A DNA stretch of 64,000 bases from Nemertoderma westbladi (lineage: Eukaryota; Animalia; Xenacoelomorpha), in contig JAUCBJ010006077.1 of assembly GCA_032718475.1 (NCBI GenBank), forward strand, positions 1-64,000. Reading direction: 5' to 3'. Position 1 is the first letter of the stretch. Every line of letters starts with the position of its first letter. The translations under genes were made by a program, and so were the position numbers. Of this stretch, positions 11,847 through 24,037 are shown in pieces. A model generated the notes under the pieces. That model was not told where the DNA came from, ran no database searches, and saw only the letters and a program-made list of their open reading frames with translations.

Positions 11847-12169
11847 GGGTGTGTGGCTGGGTGGGAGGGGGTGTGTGGCGGGGTGGGAGGGGGTGTGTGG
11901 CGGGGTGGGAGGGGGGTGTGTGGCGGGGTGGGAGGGGGTGTGTGGCGGGGTGGGAGGGGTGTGTGTGGCGGGGTGGGAGGGTGGTGTGTGGGCGGGGTGG
12001 GAGGGGGTGTGTGGCGGGGTGGGAGGGGGTGTGTGGCGGGGTGGGAGGGGGTGTGTGGCGGGGTGGGAGGGGTGTGTGTGGCGGGGTGGGAGGGGGTGTG
12101 GTGGCGGGGTGGGAGGGGGTGTCGGGGTGGGAGGGGGTGTGGGCGGGGTGGGAGGCGGGGTGGGAGGGG
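11847..12169 (+). repeat. G-rich minisatellite, ~22-bp unit GTGTGTGGCGGGGTGGGAGGGG, ~14 copies
   Basis: Directly visible tandem repeat with multiple G3-G7 runs per unit. Confidence 0.9.
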
Positions 12170-12583
12170 CATATATTTTCAATGTGTATGAAAATGATGT
12201 GCGAAAAAATATCGGCCTATGTACGACAAAATATAGGCTATAGCAAAAACGTCGTTTTTATGAATAAAAATATATTTTCTGAATTTAGTAACTTTTCTAA
12301 ATTAAAATTATTTTAGAGTTTCTTAGTCTATATTATCTATAATAGGTAATATTATTTTTTAAATTTCCCGTTAAGTTCCCCTAAGTGTTTTCCCGACAAA
12401 AATTTACTAACCAACTTAAAATCATTCCGTACTGGAATCTCACCGGTACTGATGTCGTTTGTTAGAGTCTCTTCATTTCATAACCCTATTCTTCTCCATT
12501 TGAGACTTCACTCTTCGTGACAATTCCTTGGCCTGATGAGAATGCATTCTAATGCGAGACTAGACCTACAGGTTAGCTTTCAC

Positions 12584-13612
12584 CTACTACTACTACTAGG
12601 ATCGGCATGCTGCATTGCAGCTGCATTATATATAATATTACATATATATTAAGAATGCTGTACCGACTTGTCGACAGAATTGCGCCGCCACAACTCCCTA
12701 TCACCCATGACATTTGCTAGATCATCCGCATCTTCAAGGCCAGTGTCCTTTAATATGCGTCTCAAGAAATTAATAGCTTGACCACCATGCTTATTCACTC
12801 CATGAGGCTGTCAAAGTACAAGATTATGTACTGGATGGTCCTCAAGGCGAAAGCAACGTCCTGCAAAGCGGAGGCGGTTCCGTTCAAGTTTCAAGCTAGG
12901 GGAGACTAATGGAACACCTCCAATGTTGTATAGAGTCTGGTTGGAAATGTGTTCATTGTACTTGACACAATGAACCCGGCGCAGCATTCTTGTGAAAGTG
13001 GCATCCAGAGATTTATACATTTATTATAGGAAGGGATCTAGGGGTCTTAACCTCGAATGATAAGTTTATTTTACCGAAATTGCCAACACATTGTTACTAT
13101 CAATAATCCAGAGATTTGGTATTCTCTGCAGTTAGAGCCCAGCATGGACTCCTATATAAGAGTACTAGTACTACTACAGCCATAGATAATATAACCTTAA
13201 GGTTCCCTTTTATTCTATGGGACTTCCAAATCCTGGACAGACTAATTAGCAGACCATGCCTTTCCCTTACGTATCCGAAGGTCTTCACCTGACTTTCGAA
13301 TCCGTCATCCCAAGTAGCAGAAGTCATCCCCGTGCTCAAACAAGCCGTCCCTAGAGCTTATGCCCTTACGACTTACGATCGTACATTTCTTGAGGGCTGT
13401 CTAGGTTCACTGTCATAATTTTGGTCTTCTTGGAGTTTACAAAAAGACCAACACTAGAAGTAACCTGCTCCAATGAACAGATGAGCCTTTGGGCTCCCTC
13501 TAGTGATTCTGACAGTACTCCCAAGTCATCAGCAAAGTCTAGATCATTAACGTACTTTGCTGGAATTCATCTAATTCTTGTGCCATTACTTTCACCATTC
13601 ACCCCTACTGAT
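12584..13612 (-). mobile_element. Decayed 5'-truncated RTE LINE, same family as 57030-59684
   Basis: Reverse complement aligns to ~58790-59684 (DLDFADDLGVLSESLEGAQRL, FTRMLRRVH, NRLRFAG). Shares the 3' UTR ATGCAGCTGCAATGCAGCATGCCGATCC and a (TAG)5 tail. Contains stops and a ~90-bp internal insertion. Confidence 0.92.
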
Positions 13613-13637
13613 CGTCTACATAGTCGAAATATCTCAC

Positions 13638-16082
13638 CTTCAATAATCCCGAACATTGAACCCAGTCCTAGTGAGAGAAGCATCAGGAAAAATATGATAG
13701 CCCAGAAAGGACCACTTTTACCGAACTGAGCCATAATCTCGGTGAAGGTCATGAAGGCGAGACCCGTTCCAGACACTGCTTCACTAAGGTAACTGGATAT
13801 ATTACACGATTTATAATCGGGCATGATAAACGTTTCAATTGAGTCATTACTACAAAATAATGGAGTAGAAATATAATTAATATAGGCGTACTATATACAT
13901 ACACTATGTATATAGTACGCCTTGGTTCCAACCCAATTAATTCAAGCTGTTAATTAATACCGTAGGACTACATTCTATTTTATATCGCCAAAAATTATGA
14001 ACAGAACACGTTTTTTAAAATTTCCGCGTTATCTTTGTTTATTCATTGGTAACAACATCGCATATCAAGAGTTTTATTAAATGAATGAAAATAACGGATG
14101 GTTAAAGTGGACGGATAACTAACTTTATTCGATTCGATTATTCGATATTAACTTTACACAACACTATAAAGTGGCATACAGATTTAGGATTTAGTAACAG
14201 ATTTAGGATTTAGTAACAGATTTAGGATTGAGTAACAGATTTAGGATTTAGTAACAAATTTAGGATTTAGTACAGGCCAAATATGAATTGTGTTTACTGT
14301 GAAGCCGCCTCTCGGTGAAACTAGATTGTAATTCTTAAAACTTTCCCTAAAGTTTTATAAAAGGATCTTCACTAGACTAGAGAGGCATTTCAAATTTGAT
14401 AACATTTGACCTGAGCTATAACAGTTTAAATGTTAAAATGTTGGGTACAAGCGGTGGGAGCCAGAAGGGCAATGACGATTTGACCTGTACTAAATGGTAT
14501 GTTAATGCTCACTGACTTCGTGTATCCTCCCACATGTAAAATATAACTTTATATCTATGTACTTTTTTTACTTTACTATGAGATGTAACTTACGTTTCTA
14601 TTTGCACTGTCTGTCCTGGAAGGGGCAGATCCGTGGTCCTATTCAACCGCTGTACTACGGGTAACTCCCATCGCTCGTCGAAACAGGCCTCCATCCTGAG
14701 ATTCGCCTTGTATCCAACCACGGAGAAAACCACCACGGCGGCGTACATCGAAGTCATTGAGTTGGCGCAGCTTATCATCAGTGCGTCCATGTAAAAGTTG
14801 TTGGTGGGCGGAAGATAGGAGGACATCGCAATGAGTCCACCGCCAGCCAGACTCAGAGTAAAAAATATCTGGGTGGCGGCCTGCAGCCACACCTGGCTGT
14901 CCCCGATCTTAGAGAAATCAGGAGTGAACATGTGGGCCAAGCCATCGACGGCTCCAGGGAGGGTGACCCCCCGAACCAAGAAGATGGTGAGCACGAGGTA
15001 AGGGAAAGTCGCGGTGAAGTAAACAACCTTGCCGCTCGACTTTATACCTTTGATGACACAGATTGATACGATTACCCAAGTACATAGATATGTGAGCACA
15101 AGTTTCCAGCTTACGGCGCCGGTCTCCCCGATATCGGGGCTGATGTCCAACGTGTACCGATACCAGAAGTCCGCGGTAGGAGTAGTCCTTTGACAGTCCG
15201 AGTAAATTTTATCGTCCGTTCCGTTCCCCGGGCACTCTGCCCAAGGGAGAGGGTACTGGAAGGAGTGGAACAAATAGTAGAGGCACCATGCCATTATGTT
15301 GTTGTAATAGACGGCAGTTAACCAGGAACACAGAACCATGGCGATTCCAATCCCGGCCATGAATGGGCTAATGTTTCCCCACGCCTGTAACGGACCTCGA
15401 CGGATTCTCTGCCCGATGCCCAACTCTATAATCATCAAAGGAATACCTTCGAGGAACAGCATGGTGAGGTACGGAACGAGGAACGCACCTCCGCCGTTCT
15501 TCTGCGCCAAGTAAGGAAACCGCCAGACATTACCCAAACCTGCGGAAATACATAACCTACCGCTTTTATTGTATCCTTTAATAATAATGTATCTTTATTT
15601 TTACAATTACGTAATAAATATCGTTGTATATTTTATGTTTTTTATACTGGACTGGTACTAAAATATATTTACATGAAAATGACAGAATAATATAATATGA
15701 AAATATCATTGTAAAGTATAATGTTCCTTTTTAAAATATTTACAACGACTGATCACTTACCAACTGCGTATCCAATGACAGCGAGCAAATACTGTACTTT
15801 ATTATCCCACTGGGGTCTCCCTTCATTGTCATTGTCTTCTATTAACTTATCCTTCCCAGCTTTGCCTTTGGGTAACATATCCCTCTCATCCAAGTCGATT
15901 TCGTTTAGAATAGCGGACTGGTTATCGTTTAAGGTCACCGGGTTCATTGTCTGCAGTTCGAAGTTTACTGAGGGAATACGGTAAACATCGGTGGGTGCGC
16001 GCTTCTCATCCAGGGCCCACATGGAGTGGACATCTTCAGCAGATAATACTCCGTTGAGTTTATTTATAGAACGCACCGACAT
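13638..16082 (-). CDS. SLC6: SLC6 Na+-dependent neurotransmitter/amino-acid transporter (SLC6A15-20-like); exons 16082-15761, 15539-14594, 13849-13638; TM9-12 exons not found, so possibly a truncated pseudogene
   Basis: [90 protein letters not shown]. Canonical GT-AG introns join in frame (phases 1 and 2). Donor G|GTGAGA at 13637. Confidence 0.85.
14178..14272 (+). repeat. 19-bp tandem repeat ACAGATTTAGGATTTAGTA x5 in SLC6 intron 2
   Basis: Directly visible. Confidence 0.9.
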
Positions 16083-17639
16083 TATTATAGTTCAGTAGTA
16101 ATGGGTTACATAGAAATTGAAACGACTAAGTCCAAATTGAGTTATCAGCAACAAACAATAAATATTGGAATTATATAGAACATGGGTTCATTATATTACT
16201 ATAAAACTAATCATACATACCATTGATTAAATGTATAGTAATTAATTAACATCAATAAGAAAGAGCATCATAAGTTGTGAAATTATCGAAATTATAGTAT
16301 GAGAAGTCAGTGCAAATAATTGTTAAGAGTATTATTTTTGTTATTCAGTGATTTAACATAAGTTGAACGGCAAGTAGTCAGGCGTATTAGCCAGTAAATA
16401 ATGTAACAAATATAATATTATTCGATTGTCATTCATACGTTTATACTCATCCAATATACAACAAGACAAAATTTCTGATACTTTGCCAGTGGGACGACCA
16501 TATTACTTTGGATAATAAAGCCAAATAAGTTAATTACTTTACGTGGGCAATAATAAATAATAATATATACAAATAAATAAAAATGTTTATTTGTGAGACA
16601 GGGGGGGGGGTCTGGACCCAAATAAAATAACGCTACCGGTATGTAAAATGAGCAAAGCTAGACTAAAATTAGCGGACAAATATACTACTCTACTACTACT
16701 GTATACATGCTTGCAAAATAGATACTGCGAAATACTATTATTATAATGTGAATGTGAAAAACTAACTAAAAAATTAACTAATTTGGGCTTGACGAATATT
16801 AGCGGGCGCGTGTTGTATGGGTGAATAGCTGACACAACAGGGTTGTCAAACTATTTGGTAGGACATCATGGGGAAGGATAGATACTATTGGGATACTTTA
16901 GACCTGATAAAAGTAACGTACTCTCGTCTTAATAAAGTCACTATAATGCTGCCACTATACACTGCTGATATGCTGATAATTTAACTTGTAATTGCGCAGA
17001 GCCAGCGTACTGCGGTACACTACCGGTACCGGTACCGGTACCCTACGAACAGTGACACAGGCAATTCTTACTAAAAATGCTGTTTTTACAAGATAATTTA
17101 TTTTTAGGATAATAATGCTTAAAAGAAGCCAATTATTGTTAGTTTAGAAAAAAAAAACAACCACAGTAATACAATACAATCAATAATAGAAGCTCCATAC
17201 AATAATTATAACTCAAAGAATGCTTCCTTCAACCCACGAGGTAGGCCTATAGGGAATGTTTGTAAATACCAGTGTGAGCAAGTACTGAGTGTAGCCATGT
17301 TTCCGTAGCAACCGATTGCTGAGAAGTAAGCCAGCTTGCAAGACAGGACGTAATTGCCATATAAGGGTTGGGTAATGACGTCAATGGTACCAGTGCACGG
17401 GTGGCTGGGGCGTTGGCTGGCGGGGGGGGGGAGTAGTTAGCAACCAGTATGATTCATGATTCATTATAGAGTTAGTTTCTTGTTTGAAAGAACTTCACTG
17501 TGTGTCTGATGCGATACCACATTCTATTGAAGGAAGTCATAATAAAAAGTAATAAATAATTACAATTTGGAAGGTCCATACTGGGTCCTTAATAAAGGAA
17601 TTAATACTGGTTGCCTTACCGGTCGGTACCTTACATAAC

Positions 17640-17961
17640 ACCACGCCGTGCTAGCTGTTGAATATCCCTCGATATCGCCTAGAGAGATAGAGTAGTATAA
17701 TGGGAGCCGAGCGTTTTCGGTAGCCGTTCCTATTGTGTGGAACTCGATGCAACGGGATGTCCGCGGTAACTCGTCAGTCACTCAAGTTAAAACTAACAAG
17801 TAGTAATCGCGTAGACATCCGCGTCTACTAAGGCATGAACTGTCTCCTTCTTGAATGTCATACTATCAATCTTATTACCAAAAAATTAAACCGGAAAGCG
17901 GAATTGAACTCGGTACCTAGAGATTCCAAGTCCCACGCTCTACAAACTTCGCCACTGCGCC
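17640..17961 (-). mobile_element. tRNA-derived SINE
   Basis: Minus strand begins GGCGCAGTGGCGAAGTTTGTAGAGCGTGGGACTTGGAATCTCTAGGTACCGAGTTCAATTCC (A box, anticodon-like arm, B box), but the acceptor and T stems are broken. The 3' boundary is approximate. Confidence 0.6.
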
Positions 17962-18186
17962 GTATGAAGCCGTATTAAAACCAAAACCCAACTTGAAATT
18001 AACAACAAGAACGGAGTGAATACTAGAGGTCTCGCTACGCGGTTATGTTGAATTCATGTATGATGGATAATGGAGGCCATCAATAAAAATTGTATTAATG
18101 ATTTACCTTTATATCAAAAAATTAAAATGATCCACCATACAGCAGGAAAATTAACTTTTTATTACGCATTATTTAAATATTAAGTT

Positions 18187-18328
18187 GCGGCTTGATGTAC
18201 TGGTTACATTCCTGGCCTTACAATCAGGTGGCCCTGGTTAGATCCCTAGATGGGGGCAGCACTGTTTGGGGACACTGCTTTAAATGCCTAGCGCAACCCC
18301 GGCTTGAAAACCAAGGCAACTTCGGATT
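18187..18328 (+). mobile_element. Degenerate tRNA-derived SINE head leading into the 63-bp array
   Basis: GATGTACTGGTTACATTCCTGGCCTTACAATCAGGTGGCCCTGGTTAGATCCC resembles a tRNA head with a B-box-like GGTTAGATCCC. Confidence 0.45.
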
Positions 18329-19668
18329 TGGGAATCAGAATGGAAGGGTTTACTGTGGAAGATCACCCATGGTGACGAACATGCATTCCTTTAGGAAACA
18401 GTGTGGAAGGGTTTATTGTGGAAGATCACCCATGGTGGTCAACAGGCATTCTTTTAGGAAACAGAGTGGAAGGGTTTACTGTGGAAGATCACCCATGGTG
18501 GTGAACATGCATTCCTTTAGGAAACAGAGTGGAAGGGTTTACTGTGGAAGATCGGCCATGGTGGTGAACATACATTCCTTTAGGGAACAGAGTGGAAGGG
18601 TTTACTGTGGAAGATCACCCATGGTGGTGAACATACATTCCTTTAGGAAACAGAGTGGAAGGGTTTACTGTGGAAGATCACCCATGGTGGTGAACATAAA
18701 TTCCTTTAGGAAACAGAGTGGAAGGGTTTACTGTGGAAGATCACACATGGTGGTGAACAGGAATTCCTTTAGGAAACATAGTGGGAGGGTTTACTGTGGA
18801 AGATCACCCATGGTGGTGAATAGGCATTCCTTTTGGAAACAGATTGGAATGGTTTACTGTGGTAGATCACCCATGGTGGTGAAGAGGCATTCCTTTAAGA
18901 AACTGAGTGGAAGGGTTTACTATGGAAGATCGCCCATGGTGGTGAACAGGCATTCCTTTAAGAAACTGAGTGGAAGGGTTTACTATGGAAGATCACCCAT
19001 GGTGGTGAACAGCATTCCTTTAGGAAACAGAGTGGAAGGGTTTACTGTGGAGGATCACCCATGGTGGTGAACAGGCATTCCTTTAGGAAAGAGAGTGGAA
19101 GGGTTTACTGTGGTAGATCACCCATGGTAGTGAACAGGCATTCCTTTAGGAAACAGATTGGAAGGGTTTACTGTGGAAGATCACACATGGTGGTGAACAG
19201 GCATTACTTTAGGAAACAGATTGGAATGGTCTACTGTGGAAGATCACCCATGGTGGTGAAGAGGCATTCCTTTTGGAAACCGATTGGAAGGGTTTACTGT
19301 GGAAGATCACCCATGGTGGTGAAGAGGCATTCCATTTGGAAGCAGATTGGAAGGGTTTACTGTGGAAGATCACCCATGGTGGTGAACAGGCATTCCTTTA
19401 GGAAACAGAGTGGAAGGGTTTACTGTGTAAGATCACCCATGGTGGTGAACTGGCTTTCCTTTAGGAAACAGAGTGAAAGGGTTTACTGTGGAAGATTACC
19501 CATGGTGGTGAACTGGCATTCCTTTAGGAAACAGAGTGGAAGGGTTTACTGTGGTAGTTCACACATGGTGGTGAACTGGCATTCCTTTAGGAAACAATGT
19601 GGAATAAGGGTTTACTGTGGAAGATCACCCATGGTGGTGAACAGAGAACAGATATTCCTTTGGAAAAC
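18329..19668 (+). repeat. 63-bp minisatellite (GGAAACAGAGTGGAAGGGTTTACTGTGGAAGATCACCCATGGTGGTGAACAGGCATTCCTTTA), ~21 copies
   Basis: Directly visible; units are moderately diverged. Confidence 0.95.
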
Positions 19669-19731
19669 AGAAGACGACCATCTAGAGTTGGCCATTTGGT
19701 TGTGAATCACTGAATGACATTCGTAGGTGGT

Positions 19732-20903
19732 CCACGAAGCTAAGGAAAATCAACTACTTTCGCTAAGAAAGATTTTCCTTAGCTGAGATGGTGTATTCAT
19801 AGTGGGCCCTTTTACTTGTATGGAGCAGATTTAGTGTTTTTTTATTCCAGAAAAAACTAGCCTTTAAAAGTACCCTGAAATTTTGCATGTATATACAACT
19901 CATCATGGTGCATCGTGTGGGATGGGTCTCATATCCAGGAAAAATCTGGTTTCCATGGCAACGGACTTAGAAAAAAGTCTATGTATTTCAATGCAATATT
20001 TGTAACTCTATTGGTAGGAAAACTATAATACATATAAACTTAGGGTTTCTCAACACAACTATAAGGTCCATAGCAGAGCCGATTGAGGTTAAATAGAAAA
20101 TCCAGTTACCTTGGCAACCGGGCTAAACAGATGTTAAAATTTTTAAAATGTTAATTTGAAGCCTAAGGTTAAGGTGTGATGACTTGGGACCAATCCCTAC
20201 CCCCACTATATAACTTATTCTGCGTCCGAATTTGATTGTTCTATTTTGCATTTACCATGACAACCGCTGAAAACATATGTTTTTATGCAAAAATTATTCA
20301 TTTGGACATAGACTTCACGATAAAATTTTACGAAACTAGGTATGTGTTATCTGGACCACTAGTTGGAACTTTTAGTGAAACTCAAAACATTCCAGAAATA
20401 TCTAGTTACCATGGTAACTGTAGTTTATTAAAGTCTATATTGTTCAAGTCTATATTCATAACTCTATTTACACGTAGCAAAACTGTAATATATATAAACT
20501 TGGGGTTTTGCAACTCATCTATAAGGTCCATATCCAAGCCGTTCAAGGTTAATTAGAAAATCCAGTTACCATAGCAACAAGACTAAACAGATGTTAAAAT
20601 TTATAAAATGATAATTTGAAGCACAAGTTAATAGTATTATGACTTGGGTTCTATTTTACTGCAAACAGATGCATTTTGATAGAAAATCGGTAATTTGGAC
20701 AAAAACTACAATATTTTCTGAAACTCGGAAAGTGTTATCTGAACCACAATCTGGACTAAATCTTTTATGAAAGGTTAAACCAACATTTCCAGAGAACCCT
20801 AGTTTCCATGGGAATAGAAGTTAATTATTGGCAAATGCTACTAAACTAGGCTAAGCAACAAACCAAAGTGTGGCCGTTTGTTTAATTTTCCGTAGCTTCG
20901 TGG
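19732..20903. mobile_element. Non-autonomous DNA element with terminal inverted repeats
   Basis: CCACGAAGCTAAGGAAAAT (19732) / ATTTTCCGTAGCTTCGTGG (20885-20903). Left-end hairpin GCTAAGGAAAATC...GATTTTCCTTAGC. Internal ~480-bp-spaced duplicated blocks with CCATGGCAAC-type motifs. GTGGT direct repeat at both junctions. Confidence 0.75.
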
Positions 20904-21018
20904 TTGCATTTCCTTTAGGAAATGCCTTTCTAGTATTTACAGTAGATGCATACTTGTGCTGCTATCGGAAGGGTTAGAATGGAGGTCACCAACTCGATCT
21001 AACATGGATCCACGAAGT

Positions 21019-21200
21019 CCACGAAGCTAAGGAAAATCAACTACTTTCGCTAAGAAAGATTTTCCTTAGCTGAGATGGTCTATTCATAGTGGGCTATTTT
21101 ACTTGTAAGGGGCAGATTAGTTTTTTTTGATAGGTGAAAAAACTAGCCTTTAAAAGTACCCTGAAATTTTGCATGTATATACTACTCGTCGAGGCGCATC
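21019..21200 (+). mobile_element. Second, truncated copy of the left end of the 19732-20903 element
   Basis: About 180 bp near-identical to 19732-19913. Confidence 0.85.
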
Positions 21201-22999
21201 TTTTGGACTGGAAATGCCTTCAGCGAACGATACTTCTTGCAATCTTTGAACGCCTATATCTCAGCTGTTTCTCAACGAAATTCAGATAATGTTACATATT
21301 TTGAATCCTTGCAGCGCAAGCTTTTTAATGATATGAAAAAATTACAACTAATGCGAAGAATGGCCACGACACGGAGGGTGCGATTTCACAAAAGACACTT
21401 TTTTAAAACGCTTATAAAAAAATTTAAAGGCAAAATATAAAATTCCGGCTTCATGGGGTCATCGACGGTGAGTGGAACTAGTTTTGTTTCAAATTTCAAG
21501 CAATATGATAAAGATTTATAGAAAAATATGGGGGGGGGGGGGGGTCCGTGTCATCAGTAATGACACTGTATTACGGGACATGATATAATACTGTATTACA
21601 GGAATAGGCGGATACATACACATATCGGATCACACGACTGTACAGCTGTAGAGTCCATTACGGATCTCCTCTGTAATGTGACATCAGACATACTGTATCT
21701 ACAGTACCATTCACGCAACCAGCATCTCAGTTTCATGTGTCAGTGTAACGCAGAGATGATCTCCTATCTGAGATTTATTTACTCAGTAATTAATTTGCAA
21801 CTGATTGAACAGATTTAGAATCGAAAGCGACGGGATTTGGATCAGACGACCGACCAAATGGGAACCAGGCAAATACATTAATCACATTCCACAATCACCT
21901 TAATTAATTAATGGGTTGCATTTCGTTCAATCCACAAATATCCATATATACATAGTTATTAGGTCCACAGAACGAAAACGAAGCTCGGTCCGAAACCATT
22001 ACCGCAGTACATCACAACCACTCGACAAGTTAAACATCAAAAAGGTTATATTCCTTTAAGATTGATTTTCAAAACACGTTGCATTTATTTATTTATTAAA
22101 TGCAACGTGTTTGGAAAATCAATTTCCATTGATATAAAATGGAGAGCAAAAACATGGCAGAAAGTGGTAGTAACCCTGATTAATTCGTTCGATCTCAGCA
22201 GTTGTTACAATCCTAACGCCACCTAGCGTCGGATTTGTTCAACTAACAACTAAATTCCAATAAAATCATTTCACTAACCGAGCTAGTGTTCCATGACCAT
22301 GGCTAATGAAGCCAATTCAAAACGCCCTCTGTTAGGAACCGGGTTATTTCTCAGATACTTCAATTTCCCAAGCAGTATTGCATTTATTTGACCTGCCGAC
22401 TTTGATGTCCTTTCAATGTATATTGACTAAAGTACTGCCGATAAGTTTTATCTTTGTCAAGAAAAAATCCGGTAAATTGGCTCATTGATATTTGAATAAA
22501 CGTAACTGCGATAATACGAGATAATATGATATAATAATACACTCGAGAGTCGAGATATAGTATAAATCTTGAGTACTACTAATGAGGCATTTGGTTGGTG
22601 TAGGGAGTTTAGTATTTATTATATATAGCGACTATGGGGTGAAACACTGTGCCACTGTGAGAACTGCCAAGCATGGCGAAGTGAAAAACGTCAGCGCAAA
22701 TATTAAATAAATGAAAATGAACAAAATGAAATATAGTTTTGTAGGGTTAAATTCTAATTATTATTAAAGGTAATATTAATATTGTTATTGGAATTTAATA
22801 TATAATTATTTTAAATATATACCTCAATGATTTTCAATGTCAATTACTCTTAAAAATTTAATTAAAAATTGTTCCGTTGTTGACTTGCATGTTTCGTTGA
22901 ATCCAAGTTATCATTCTTACAAAATTTGTGAAACATTAAATCTACCAAATGTAGCTAATTATCAAACGCCCCCAGGAAAGAAGTTATTGTTGGAAATTC

Positions 23000-23380
23000 A
23001 GATGACAGGAGACGAGGGACAGATCCCTTGCCAAAGCGAACACTAACGAGCAAGTAAATATAGCTGCTATCAGCGAAACATAATGGCGAGGGAGATGTTA
23101 TCACTGCGGGATGTGACTGATGTTCCCTCAGTGAAGAGTGCTCCCGAAATCATAGTTTATGGTCGAGGAGTTACTGTTAAGTGCGCCTCCGTAGCTAATA
23201 AGCTCTTCGCGGCTTGGCTTGAACTGGCCGGGCAAACAGCGACTAAGGCACGCACACCAGGGACAATTGAATCTGGGATAACATGTAGCAAGCAGCGCCC
23301 GTAATAAAGCATGACAAATGTTGGTGGACCACCTGCAAGGAGGTTGTGAGATACGGTGGGATTTTAATTCCATACGGTGT
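23000..23380 (+). mobile_element. Decayed LINE AP-endonuclease fragment (RTE-like)
   Basis: Across frames it reads NIAAISET, YGRGVTV, ..AAWLEL and G(G)DFNS, in the order expected for an RTE endonuclease; many lesions. Confidence 0.5.
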
Positions 23381-24037
23381 CAATTGTCAAAGCAGTGTAA
23401 TTAGTGCGTTACTCATTTGATCCTGATTCTAATGTTAGGGAAATCCCCCCCCCCCCCCTCCTCCCGCATCTTAATTAATTTCGAACTACACAAATTTAAA
23501 TAACACGAAAACTGTAAAATAAACAACCGATTAAAAACCAATCAGTCATTATTCAACTTCATAAAAGGCAATAATGCATACCATGTGCCATGACCATAAT
23601 ACAATTGTATTTCCGATTTCATAACACAACATTTGTTTTGACAACAATTGTTGCCAAGTTAAATACAACCATGACTTTCAAAAAGTATATTATATATACA
23701 GTATATAATATATCAAAGAATATAAAAAATGATACATTTTTCATGAATGCATTCAGTGATCCATTTCTTAATATGGTGGTGAATGGGACTCATTGTCGGA
23801 TTGTTAAGTAGGTCTATATACTTCTCTTTTTAGGGAAGAGCCGTAGTACATATGTAGTATATAGACCAAAGTAATATCTAAACTGTATTCTTTACTAAAA
23901 CTCCTTCATCATCACCGCATTAATGGAACACCAAAATATGGCAGTACTCGTAAAAGATAACACTACTACAGTAGCGGAAGTCATTAAAATGAAGACATCA
24001 GTTATTTTGTTATATTATTATTGTATTGATTGATGGC

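Noticed and set aside
11776-12316. Gly-rich or Pro/His-rich ORFs resembling extensin or cuticle proteins
   Set aside because: Open in most frames simply because the G-rich repeat lacks stop codons.
14178-14272. TTAGG telomere-like motif
   Set aside because: Embedded in a 19-bp unit rather than a pure telomeric tract.
18192-19705. Repeat protein (GRVYCGRSPMVVNRHSFRKQS)n
   Set aside because: 63-bp minisatellite with a frameshift and no bias toward synonymous change visible.
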